DNA from: Candidatus Gorgyraea atricola
Lineage (GTDB): Bacteria; Omnitrophota; Gorgyraeia; Gorgyraeales; Gorgyraeaceae
Direction of reading: 5' to 3'
DNA: 64,000 bases
Assembly: GCA_030765235.1 (NCBI GenBank)
Contig: JAVCCW010000006.1
Coordinates: 1,789 to 65,788 of the forward strand
Under the pieces are notes generated by a model. That model saw only the letters and a program-made list of their open reading frames with translations. It made no database searches and was not told the DNA's origin. The position numbers were made by a program, and so were the translations under genes. Positions 56,130 to 64,000 of the stretch are shown here, piece by piece; position 1 is the first letter of the stretch, and the number at the start of each line of letters is the position of its first letter.

Positions 56130-57173
56130 ATGAAAACAGAAAAGTCCAAAACAAAAGGAAAGTCATATTATAGGAAACTCAAGGAAAGGTTCATTCTGGA
56201 AAAACAGCTCTTCCAGAATCTTCTAGATAACCTCCCTGATGCTATCTATTTTAAGGACACTGAAAATAAGCTGGTAAGGGTAAACCGTTTTTATGCAAAC
56301 GGCTTTAAGATGGCTCCTGAGGAGATAATAGGCAAGACCGACTTTGACTTCTTCCCAAAGGACCAGGCCCAAAAGATGTTTGACGATGATATGCACGTCT
56401 TAAAAACCGGCAATCCCATAATAGGTAAGATCGAAAGAACACTTCTCCCAAATGGAACATATAACTGCGTAACAACCACCAAAATACCTATCCGAAATAA
56501 AAAAAATGAGATCATCGGGACAATGGGCATAACCCGCGACATAACTGAATATGATCAGACAGAAAAAAGCAGGCTTGATATGGTGATGAGCTCCTTAAAA
56601 GTCCTGGATAGGGTTTTAGAGGCAAAAGACCCTTATACCTTTGGACACACTCGCCGCGTATCAATGATAGCAGAAAAGATTGCCCAGACACTGGGATGGG
56701 ATGAAAATAGGGTATTGGAACTAAGATTATCTGCTGAGCTGCATGATATAGGAAAGATCCTGATCCCTCTAGAGATATTAAATAAACCCGGCAAACTTTC
56801 TAGCCTGGAACTCAAGATGATCCAAGAGCATGTTGAAAAGTGCTATTTTATGCTTAAGGCCCACACATTCCCTTTCCCCTTACCAGAGGCCATATATCAG
56901 CATCATGAAAGGCTTGATGGAGGAGGGTATCCGCGCGGATTATCAGGAGAAAAGATCATCCCCGAGGCAAGGATCCTGGCCATCGCTGACGTGCTTGAGG
57001 CCATGACATTCCACAGGCCATATAGGGCTGCGTTGGGAATAAAAAAGGCGATGAAAGAATTAAAAGATAACTCCGGCTCTAAATATGATGCCGATATAGT
57101 AAATACCGCGATGAAGATCTTGGAAGAAAATAACTACGAGCCCTTCTGGCTAAGCCAAGAAACTGCATATTAA
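56130..57173 (+). CDS. PAS-domain HD-GYP phosphodiesterase
   Basis: PAS fold in the N-terminal half; HD (HTRRV...LHDIGK) and HHERLDGGGYP motifs. Confidence 0.85.
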   Translation: MKTEKSKTKGKSYYRKLKERFILEKQLFQNLLDNLPDAIYFKDTENKLVRVNRFYANGFKMAPEEIIGKTDFDFFPKDQAQKMFDDDMHVLKTGNPIIGKIERTLLPNGTYNCVTTTKIPIRNKKNEIIGTMGITRDITEYDQTEKSRLDMVMSSLKVLDRVLEAKDPYTFGHTRRVSMIAEKIAQTLGWDENRVLELRLSAELHDIGKILIPLEILNKPGKLSSLELKMIQEHVEKCYFMLKAHTFPFPLPEAIYQHHERLDGGGYPRGLSGEKIIPEARILAIADVLEAMTFHRPYRAALGIKKAMKELKDNSGSKYDADIVNTAMKILEENNYEPFWLSQETAY

Positions 57174-57186
57174 TCCTACCTTAAAA

Positions 57187-58227
57187 ATGAAAAGCGATGT
57201 CTATTTTGTAAGAACAGATAATACAAAAAATAGAGCCTCTTCCCTATTAAAGCTCCTCCAAGCAATAGACCCTTTCTCGTCATACAAAAAGGATGAATTT
57301 ATCCCGGTCAAACTTACAATAGGCGATACTAAATGCGTCTATCATGCGAGCCCCGTATTGGTAAAAACCTTAATAAACCAGATAAAGAACAAAAAGGCAA
57401 AACCATTTTTATTTGATACAAATGTGATCTATCAGGGTTCCAGACTCAATGCAGTTGATCATCTTACTTTGGCGCAAAACAAAGGATTCTCCCATTCCAG
57501 GGTAGGCGCGCCATTTGTAATAGCAGATGGTGTGTTTGGCCAGGATGGGAATGAGTATGACATTGACTCAAAGCATATAAAAAAGATAAAGGTCCCTTCT
57601 TTTATCGGCATGCTGGATAATCTCGTGGTGCTATCGCATGTTACATGTCATATATTAGCAGGATATGCAGGCGCTTTAAAAAATGTCGCCATGGGTATGG
57701 CATGTAAGCCCACAAAACAGGTGCAGCACTCTTCTCTTAAGCCACATATAGTAGAAAAAAAATGTACCTCATGTGGATGCTGCATAGAGATATGCCCTGC
57801 AAAGGCTATCTCTAATAAAAAAAGCCGAGGTCCAGCCTCGGCTTTTTTTATAGATCAGGCGAAGTGCATTGGATGCGGGGAGTGCCTTTGCGTATGTAAA
57901 TTTGATGCCATATTTATAAACTGGGATGAAGATGAAGGTATATTTGCAAAAAGAATGGCTGAGGTAGCTGTATTTATATTATCCAAGTTCAAAAATAGTT
58001 TCTTCATAAACCTTGCCTTTGATATAACAAAGGAATGCGATTGCATATCCACGAAGAACGAAAAGATCATATGTAAAGACATAGGTATTCTTGCCTCAAA
58101 AGACATAATAGCGCTTGAGAAGGCAACTATAGACCTCGTTAATAATAAGAATTCACACAATATAACCCTTGAATACGCGCATAAAAAAGGCCTGGGTAAC
58201 TTAGAATATAATCTCATAAGCTTATGA
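57187..58227 (+). CDS. DUF362-domain protein with inserted 2x[4Fe-4S] ferredoxin domain
   Basis: CTSCGCCIEICP and CIGCGECLCVCK motifs inside a DUF362 scaffold. Confidence 0.65.
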   Translation: MKSDVYFVRTDNTKNRASSLLKLLQAIDPFSSYKKDEFIPVKLTIGDTKCVYHASPVLVKTLINQIKNKKAKPFLFDTNVIYQGSRLNAVDHLTLAQNKGFSHSRVGAPFVIADGVFGQDGNEYDIDSKHIKKIKVPSFIGMLDNLVVLSHVTCHILAGYAGALKNVAMGMACKPTKQVQHSSLKPHIVEKKCTSCGCCIEICPAKAISNKKSRGPASAFFIDQAKCIGCGECLCVCKFDAIFINWDEDEGIFAKRMAEVAVFILSKFKNSFFINLAFDITKECDCISTKNEKIICKDIGILASKDIIALEKATIDLVNNKNSHNITLEYAHKKGLGNLEYNLISL

Positions 58228-58925
58228 GCGTCTTTCAAATATTATTCGGAATAAAAGATTCAGATGTAAGGAATACATGTATATTTCTGCCACTTGTGCA
58301 AAAAAATGTCCTGGAGTGGCTAGATGTAAAGGATATATCAAAAGGTAAGCTCTATAACTCTGGAAACAGCAAAGACTTTACAGTAATACATACTGGCATG
58401 GGCCCTGCACTCTCAGGAGACGCGGTTTTGTATCTTGAGAAAACCAAATGCCAGAACATAATAGTATTTGGCTCCTGCGGCCTGATAAAAGAAGAAAAAG
58501 ATCTGAATATAGGAAGCCTTGTCACACCTGATAAATGTTACTCTATGGAAAGTTTTACTGACATGCTCGCAGGTGAGAAAAAAGAATATGACCTCTCCTA
58601 TCCAGACAAAATACTCCTTGAAAAACTCCCAGAGGTAAAAAAAGTAACCTGTGCCACGCTCGGCTCTTTAAAACTCGAAGAAGGATATAGAGACTCGTTT
58701 GAAGCAAAAGAGATTCAGGTAGTTGATATGGAGGCCAGCGCTGTATTCTCTGCAGCAAGCCACATTGGGAAAAAAGCTGTAGCGCTATTTTATATAACCG
58801 ACATCATAAACAAAAAACCTTTTTATAAAGGCCTAAGCGCTACGGATAGATTAGAGCTTTTCTCCTCGATAAAATCCGCGTCTAACATCCTATGCAATCT
58901 TATAAAAAAGAATCTGCGAGACTAA
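58224..58925 (+). CDS. Nucleoside phosphorylase/nucleosidase family-1 protein (MTA/futalosine-nucleosidase-like)
   Basis: PNP_UDP_1-type motifs VIHTGMGPALSG...FGSCG...VDMEASAV; 233 aa. Confidence 0.55.
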   Translation: MSVFQILFGIKDSDVRNTCIFLPLVQKNVLEWLDVKDISKGKLYNSGNSKDFTVIHTGMGPALSGDAVLYLEKTKCQNIIVFGSCGLIKEEKDLNIGSLVTPDKCYSMESFTDMLAGEKKEYDLSYPDKILLEKLPEVKKVTCATLGSLKLEEGYRDSFEAKEIQVVDMEASAVFSAASHIGKKAVALFYITDIINKKPFYKGLSATDRLELFSSIKSASNILCNLIKKNLRD

Positions 58926-60214
58926 AAAAATCTCAAAACCTCGCTACTGACCTTAAAACAAACAAAAAACAGGAAATAACAAGGCTTCTCTATGAGATAT
59001 CAAAAAGAGAAGATATAGAACCTGATAAGATAGTAAAGAAAATAGCCCCTAAAGACTTTGATCGCGCAAAAAAGGCTCTATTAAAAAGAAGATTTCCTCG
59101 CGCGTATCCGTCCCCATTTAAGGCGCATCTTCCGAAGATAAAACTAGATAATAGCTCGATACAAAATACTGAAAAATTTAAATTCTATCCAAAAAACATA
59201 TTCATAGAAAAATCTGCTAAGGCCTCTACCCTTGCGCATAGATTTAAGAAATCCTTTCCCAAGGCCAAGTCTATAGAGATCAGATCCTTAAAAGATCATC
59301 TTAAAGAAAATAGGGGTCTTACGATCTCTGATTATAATAAGAGAAAAGATAATGTTTTTGTCACTCATGAAAACTATGACTTCTTTAAAAAATGTCCGTG
59401 CACAAAAAAGGCGATCGAATGCGGTTATCATATATTTAACCTGAGCTTCGGGTGCATGTTTGACTGCACTTACTGCTATCTTCAGGAATATACAAATAGC
59501 CCAGGCCTAATATTCCCCGCAAACATTGATAAGTTTTTCAAAAACTTCTCTTCCTATAAAAAATCTGGCATGCGCATAGGTACAGGCGAGTTCTCAGACT
59601 CCCTGATGCTCGACCACATAACAGAATATTCTCTTCCTATAATTGAATTTTTTAAAAACCATAAAGACGTAAGATTTGAGTTTAAGACAAAAAGTGTAAA
59701 TATAGATAATCTTTTAAAGGCAAAACACGCTGGTAATATAGTAGTTGCCTGGTCACTAAACCCGCAGAAAATAATTGACGAGAATGAATTTTTTACGCCT
59801 TCTCTTACAGAACGCCTAAAGGCAGTTAAAAAATGCGTTAAAGCAGGCTACAAGGCGTCTTGTCATTTTGATCCAGTGGTCTATTTTAAAGGCTGGGAAA
59901 AAGAATATAAAAAAGTAATAGATATGCTATTTGATACTATAAAACCAAAGGACATAGCCTGGATAAGCATCGGTACATTAAGATTTAATCCGAATGTAAA
60001 ACCAATAATCGAAGCGCGCTTCCCTGAAAACAAGATTCTCGACGAAGAATTAGTGCTGGGGTTTGATAATAAACTAAGATATCCTTATAGCTTAAGACAA
60101 GAAATCTACGAATCTATGCTGCGCATGCTGCACAAGCATTCCAAAAAACTCCCCATCTATCTCTGCATGGAAAACAGTTCTATGGTGAGACCTTTATTGC
60201 ACGCTCAGGTCTAG
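58892..60214 (+). CDS. Spore-photoproduct-lyase-family radical SAM enzyme with ~100-aa basic N-terminal extension
   Basis: FGCMFDCTYCYLQ and the following region are collinear with B. subtilis SplB (ATGCMGHCHYCYLQ...KAGYPLG...GW). Overlaps the upstream gene by 34 nt. Confidence 0.6.
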   Translation: MQSYKKESARLKKSQNLATDLKTNKKQEITRLLYEISKREDIEPDKIVKKIAPKDFDRAKKALLKRRFPRAYPSPFKAHLPKIKLDNSSIQNTEKFKFYPKNIFIEKSAKASTLAHRFKKSFPKAKSIEIRSLKDHLKENRGLTISDYNKRKDNVFVTHENYDFFKKCPCTKKAIECGYHIFNLSFGCMFDCTYCYLQEYTNSPGLIFPANIDKFFKNFSSYKKSGMRIGTGEFSDSLMLDHITEYSLPIIEFFKNHKDVRFEFKTKSVNIDNLLKAKHAGNIVVAWSLNPQKIIDENEFFTPSLTERLKAVKKCVKAGYKASCHFDPVVYFKGWEKEYKKVIDMLFDTIKPKDIAWISIGTLRFNPNVKPIIEARFPENKILDEELVLGFDNKLRYPYSLRQEIYESMLRMLHKHSKKLPIYLCMENSSMVRPLLHAQV

Positions 60215-61595
60215 CAGGGCATTTGTTCTGGCAAATACCGCAGCCTATACATAAATCTGGATCAACATAGGGTTTTAATACTACGCCTGCTATTATCTTA
60301 ATGGCTTTATTAGGTACGGGGCAGTGTTCTTCGCATACAATGCACTGTGTATCCTTAGACCAGGCAAGGCATTTTGAGCGGTCTACCTTTGCTATGCCAA
60401 GTCTTGTTCTTTTTTTCTCTTCAACGCTTAACTTTGGTATAGCGCCTGTTGGACAGACTCCTCCACAGAGAGTACAGGTGTATTCACAATAGCCGATCTC
60501 TGGCACAAGATGTGGGGTCCACATACCCTGCAGGCCTGATTCAAAAATAGCTGGCTGGAGACCATTAGTCACACAGACCTTCATGCAATTGCCACAGCGT
60601 ATACAGCGATCCAGGAACTCTCCTTCTTTTAATGCAGCAGGCGGCCTGATTACTTTTTGTGCTACTGAGCGCATTTTATTTCTGAATCCCAGAGACAAAA
60701 AAGAGCCAAGCATCAGGAAAATAAATTCTTTCCTGGAGATGCCTTCTTTATTTTTATTAAACTCTGGCGAGTACCATGTAAACCTGGTTCCATGCGTAGG
60801 ACAGTCGTATATACAGTCCATGCAGAGTATGCATTCGCCCTTTACATAGCTTAAATCCTTGTTTATAGCTCCCATCCTGCAGTCTTCTTTGCACCTAAGG
60901 CAATTCGTGCATTTTTCAACCACACGACTCAATGGAGAAAATCTGGCCACTAAAGAATATATTGCGCCCAGAGGACAGATCGCGCGACACCAAAACCTTT
61001 TTGCTATTAACACCGACAAGCATATTAAAACGAAAAATATCAAGATCATGCCTGAATGAGAAAAATAATAGGCGTTGATTCCAAGGATTGAAGATTTTAG
61101 TAAACGATAAAAATCATAGAGAGGTGTATAATAATCTGTCTTTATTATAAAAAATCTAAATATCCTATCAAGGCCGAAACTGACGCCTGGAATGAGATTC
61201 AGGGAGACAAACCTCGCTGTAATCACTATTGGATCAAAGATCCAGGCGATCTGGATCCCAAGAAAGGAAGATACAGTAATTGCCCCTAATATGTAGAATT
61301 TTATAGACCGCGCAGCCTTTTTTTGCAATGCCTTTATTCCGCACAAGTCAATAATCGTACCTAAGGGACAGATCCATCCACAGAAAAACCTGCCAAATAC
61401 CAGAGTCAGCGCCAGCATAATAACCGCAAATATAACGCCTGGCAGAATTATCCGCTCGCTTATAGAAGTAAATATCATTATCAATGGATTTATCTTAAAG
61501 AATGCATCCAGATGTGTCGCGGACCAAAGGATGTATATGAATAATGCGAGAAATAAAAATTGAGAAGATCTTCTAAGAATGACTAATTTTTTCAT
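60180..61595 (-). CDS. Membrane polyferredoxin of the NapH/MauN/NosR-C family
   Basis: Two membrane CX3CP motifs (FCGWICPLG, WCRAICPLG) plus four ferredoxin-type Cys clusters; 471 aa. Confidence 0.75.
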   Translation of the reverse strand: MKKLVILRRSSQFLFLALFIYILWSATHLDAFFKINPLIMIFTSISERIILPGVIFAVIMLALTLVFGRFFCGWICPLGTIIDLCGIKALQKKAARSIKFYILGAITVSSFLGIQIAWIFDPIVITARFVSLNLIPGVSFGLDRIFRFFIIKTDYYTPLYDFYRLLKSSILGINAYYFSHSGMILIFFVLICLSVLIAKRFWCRAICPLGAIYSLVARFSPLSRVVEKCTNCLRCKEDCRMGAINKDLSYVKGECILCMDCIYDCPTHGTRFTWYSPEFNKNKEGISRKEFIFLMLGSFLSLGFRNKMRSVAQKVIRPPAALKEGEFLDRCIRCGNCMKVCVTNGLQPAIFESGLQGMWTPHLVPEIGYCEYTCTLCGGVCPTGAIPKLSVEEKKRTRLGIAKVDRSKCLAWSKDTQCIVCEEHCPVPNKAIKIIAGVVLKPYVDPDLCIGCGICQNKCPARPERAIKVSP

Positions 61596-62551
61596 GTTTC
61601 TAATTTTAATATGTCTGCCTTGCTGGTATCGAATTTTCCGAAACCGCGATTTTTTGCTTCTTTGATATAATTAACTGATAGCGGGTCACGGCCCACCAGC
61701 TCTGCCGCGTAAGTATCAGCCAGGGTCGGATCTGTACCAACTATTAATGTCTTATAATCTTCCACGTCTTTAAGATTTCCGCCCCTTGGCCCATTCCTGA
61801 TGAGCACCCTATAGGCATCTATTACTGTTAAATCTGGCTTTATAAAATCAGTAAGATCCACGAGCTTAACCCCTATGTTATTATGCATCACAGCCCTATC
61901 TCCACCGCATACGCCCATGAGATTTTTCATTGAAAGAGTCAGGCCTGTAAGGGCATGGTCTTTTAGAATAGGCACATTTATAAAAGTATCGCACTCCAGC
62001 GCATCTCTATAAATCGGCCACGCTTCCATAGGGCTTTTATAAGAAAAATGCGCCTTTATGTAATTCCACTCGTCAATAAAATAGACATTTGCGCCTTTAT
62101 CTCTTGCTGCAGCAGCTATGCCGCTATTCTCATAGCAGAGCTTTGACTCATTGCATGATCTCTCAAATACATTGACCCTTTTCGCGCCTGCTTTAAAAGA
62201 GAGTTCCGTGAGCGCAGCAACCACCATTGGATTCGTGTTGCCTGCATACTCAGGGCTCCTATCCCATGCCATATTTGGCTTGATAACAACCTTATCTCCC
62301 CTTTTAACAAACCTCTCCATTCCGCCAATGGCCTCAACAGCCTTAACAGTCATTAAATAAGGGTCTTCTCCCTTTGCAACAACAAGATCATGATCAGTCA
62401 CGATCTTTTTTCCTATCCTGGCATTTTCACCCCTGGCCATTTTTGGAAAAATACCGCTGAACAGGACAGTGCCCATTCCAGCCAAGCACAGTTTCATAAA
62501 TTGCTTGCGGGATATCTTCTTTTTAATTAAAGACATAAATAGCTTTTCCAT
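61592..62551 (-). CDS. Exported DUF362-domain protein
   Basis: Tat-like/Sec signal (SRKQFMKLCLAGMGTVLF); DUF362 core; translationally coupled to the polyferredoxin gene. Confidence 0.65.
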   Translation of the reverse strand: MEKLFMSLIKKKISRKQFMKLCLAGMGTVLFSGIFPKMARGENARIGKKIVTDHDLVVAKGEDPYLMTVKAVEAIGGMERFVKRGDKVVIKPNMAWDRSPEYAGNTNPMVVAALTELSFKAGAKRVNVFERSCNESKLCYENSGIAAAARDKGANVYFIDEWNYIKAHFSYKSPMEAWPIYRDALECDTFINVPILKDHALTGLTLSMKNLMGVCGGDRAVMHNNIGVKLVDLTDFIKPDLTVIDAYRVLIRNGPRGGNLKDVEDYKTLIVGTDPTLADTYAAELVGRDPLSVNYIKEAKNRGFGKFDTSKADILKLET

Positions 62552-62552
62552 G

Positions 62553-63266
62553 TTATTTCCTCTTTTGTAATATCAATTTATTGTTCAGTGTGTCTATCTG
62601 AAAATTAAATTTATTCAAAAAAGACATGCCAAGTAATCCATCCTCTATGTCTCCCTCGGCATCCAGCAAAACCACTGCTCCTACATCCTTGACCTCGGAA
62701 TCCTCGACGCGCACGCTGTCCAGAACTACATGCCGCGCTTCTATCTTGCGGCCATCAGCAAGCTGTACATCAACCTTATCTTTCTCAGCCACATTATCCC
62801 TAATTCCTAGCTCTCTTGCTATTCGATCTGACAATACAACAGTAGTCGCGCCGGTATCCAATAAAAGCGATGCCCTGGTCTCATTATTTATAAGCGTATC
62901 TACAATTATACGCTGGCTATCTTTAGAAAAACTTACCTCTTTTGGCTCAAGCTCTTCTCTGCGCCGCGTTTCTTCTAATTCTCGTTCTCTCTCTAATCTC
63001 TTCGTTTCCTCTACCTCTTTTTGCTTCTTCCATCCATTATGTATAGAATTGACTTCTTCAGGAGTTGAGCGGTCTATTCTATCTATCTCTGTCTTTCTAA
63101 ATTTTACAGTCCCAAATCCAACATCCAGTTCAACTGAACTTTCAGTCTCTTTTTTTACCAACCCTTCTATGCTGCGGCCATTTTTAAGGTATATGGTGTC
63201 AGCAAGAGACTCTGAAACAAGGCCAAAAAGTAAAAAGGAAATAGATATTAAGATCTTAGGATTCAT
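62553..63266 (-). CDS. Retropepsin-like (clan AA) aspartic protease, exported
   Basis: Signal peptide; LLDTGAT catalytic motif; Glu/Arg-rich linker. Confidence 0.75.
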   Translation of the reverse strand: MNPKILISISFLLFGLVSESLADTIYLKNGRSIEGLVKKETESSVELDVGFGTVKFRKTEIDRIDRSTPEEVNSIHNGWKKQKEVEETKRLERERELEETRRREELEPKEVSFSKDSQRIIVDTLINNETRASLLLDTGATTVVLSDRIARELGIRDNVAEKDKVDVQLADGRKIEARHVVLDSVRVEDSEVKDVGAVVLLDAEGDIEDGLLGMSFLNKFNFQIDTLNNKLILQKRK

Positions 63267-63363
63267 ATGTCTATAAATAGAATATCACGAAGCATTGAAT
63301 TAGCAAGTTGATTTTCATTTCCCAGCATGATAACATAGTAGATATGAAAAATGGAGGTCTATA

Positions 63364-63858
63364 ATGGAATTCTTTGAAGTAATAAAACAAAGAAAAAGCA
63401 TAAGGGAGTTTTCTGAAAAAGTTGTTGAGAAAGAGCTACTCGAGAAGATAATCGATGCAGGTCGAGTCGCAGCCACAGCAAGGAATGAACAGCCATGGGA
63501 ATTCGTGATCAGTTCTGATAAAAATATACTCGATAAAATCTGCAGCATGTGTCCGAATGGCCCTTTTATTAAGGACGCACCGCATCTAATAGCAATATTC
63601 TCGAAAGAGACAAAATACTATCTTGAAGACTGTTCCGCTGCCACGCAAAATATGCTCCTGGCAATAGAAGCGCTTGGCCTTGGTGGATGCTGGGTCGCAG
63701 GAGATAAAAAAGATTATATAGAAGAAATAAGAAAAATCTTTAATATGCCTGAGGGCTATAAGCTGGTAAGTATGATATCCGTCGGATATCCAAAAACCCC
63801 TAAGGGCCCAAAAGCAAAAAGAAGCACAAAAGAAGTTTTGCATTGGGAGAAATGGTAA
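63364..63858 (+). CDS. Nitroreductase-family protein
   Basis: RKSIREF N-terminal motif; 164 aa. Confidence 0.8.
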   Translation: MEFFEVIKQRKSIREFSEKVVEKELLEKIIDAGRVAATARNEQPWEFVISSDKNILDKICSMCPNGPFIKDAPHLIAIFSKETKYYLEDCSAATQNMLLAIEALGLGGCWVAGDKKDYIEEIRKIFNMPEGYKLVSMISVGYPKTPKGPKAKRSTKEVLHWEKW

Positions 63859-63869
63859 GATGACGGATA

Positions 63870-64000
63870 ATCCATTGTGGAAATTCTTGGATGATACAGG
63901 TACGTTTGTTGCGAAAAATCCGCACAAGGTAAGCAGGCTTTATTTTCCGCTTGCCAATGAAAAAGGCCTGCTCTCTTCTATTACGCCTACGCTTCATGGC
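63870..64000 (+). CDS. Hypothetical protein, 5'-partial fragment running off window end
   Basis: ATG at 63870 (MTDNPLWKFLDDTG...LYFPLANEKGLLSSITPTLHG); no stop before the window end. Confidence 0.3.

Noticed and set aside
63870-64000. Linking the 3'-edge partial ORF to the 5'-edge large ORF as the same family
   Set aside because: Only a weak shared pattern was seen (N.......F..LP/PL....G). It is too short to support. The fragment is kept as an unassigned partial CDS.

Overview
Gene-dense, low-GC bacterial window with about 70 genes, almost all on the minus strand. The gene content is that of an anaerobe: rubrerythrin, flavodiiron protein, high-molecular-weight rubredoxin, hybrid cluster protein, superoxide reductase and archaeal-type Thi4. 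The blocks on the minus strand are: (i) a partial, large six-hairpin glycosidase/phosphorylase-like ORF running off the 5' edge; (ii) an oxidative/nitrosative-stress island, ogg-grx-ferritin-like-FMN reductase-rbr-fprA-hrb-hcp-ferredoxin-Rrf2; (iii) tatC plus a thiol:disulfide module; (iv) thi4-thiE-thiM behind a clear TPP riboswitch with an intrinsic-terminator expression platform; (v) a csoR-controlled cusCBA RND efflux operon with a YHS protein; (vi) a histidine kinase/response regulator pair; (vii) a siroheme/sulfite operon, DUF2061-cysH-sirC-hemA-hemC-cobA-hemB-hemL plus a small sulfite-reductase-like protein; (viii) feoAB, two radical SAM genes and nth; (ix) trxB-like, SOR, a TA pair, a 1026-aa secreted methyltransferase/HEAT protein, trxB, yggS, maf, speB, a deoxyhypusine-synthase-like gene, fba and a truncated pyk. 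A short plus-strand block follows (PAS/HD-GYP, DUF362-ferredoxin, PNP-like, SPL-like radical SAM), then a NapH-like polyferredoxin, an exported DUF362 protein and a retropepsin-like protease. The most unusual signal seen directly in the sequence is a family of small palindromic elements. One is a near-identical 61-nt copy inserted in frame, in different reading frames, into two unrelated genes. Related hairpin arms form the very long P3 stem of the TPP riboswitch and sit in intergenic DNA. There is also a separate GTAGG...CCTAC palindrome family, a GC-rich 41-nt tandem repeat between csoR and cusC, and a direct-repeat-flanked cassette of small membrane-protein ORFs in a 1.27-kb gene-poor region. 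No CRISPR array, tRNA, rRNA, integrase or transposase was recognised.
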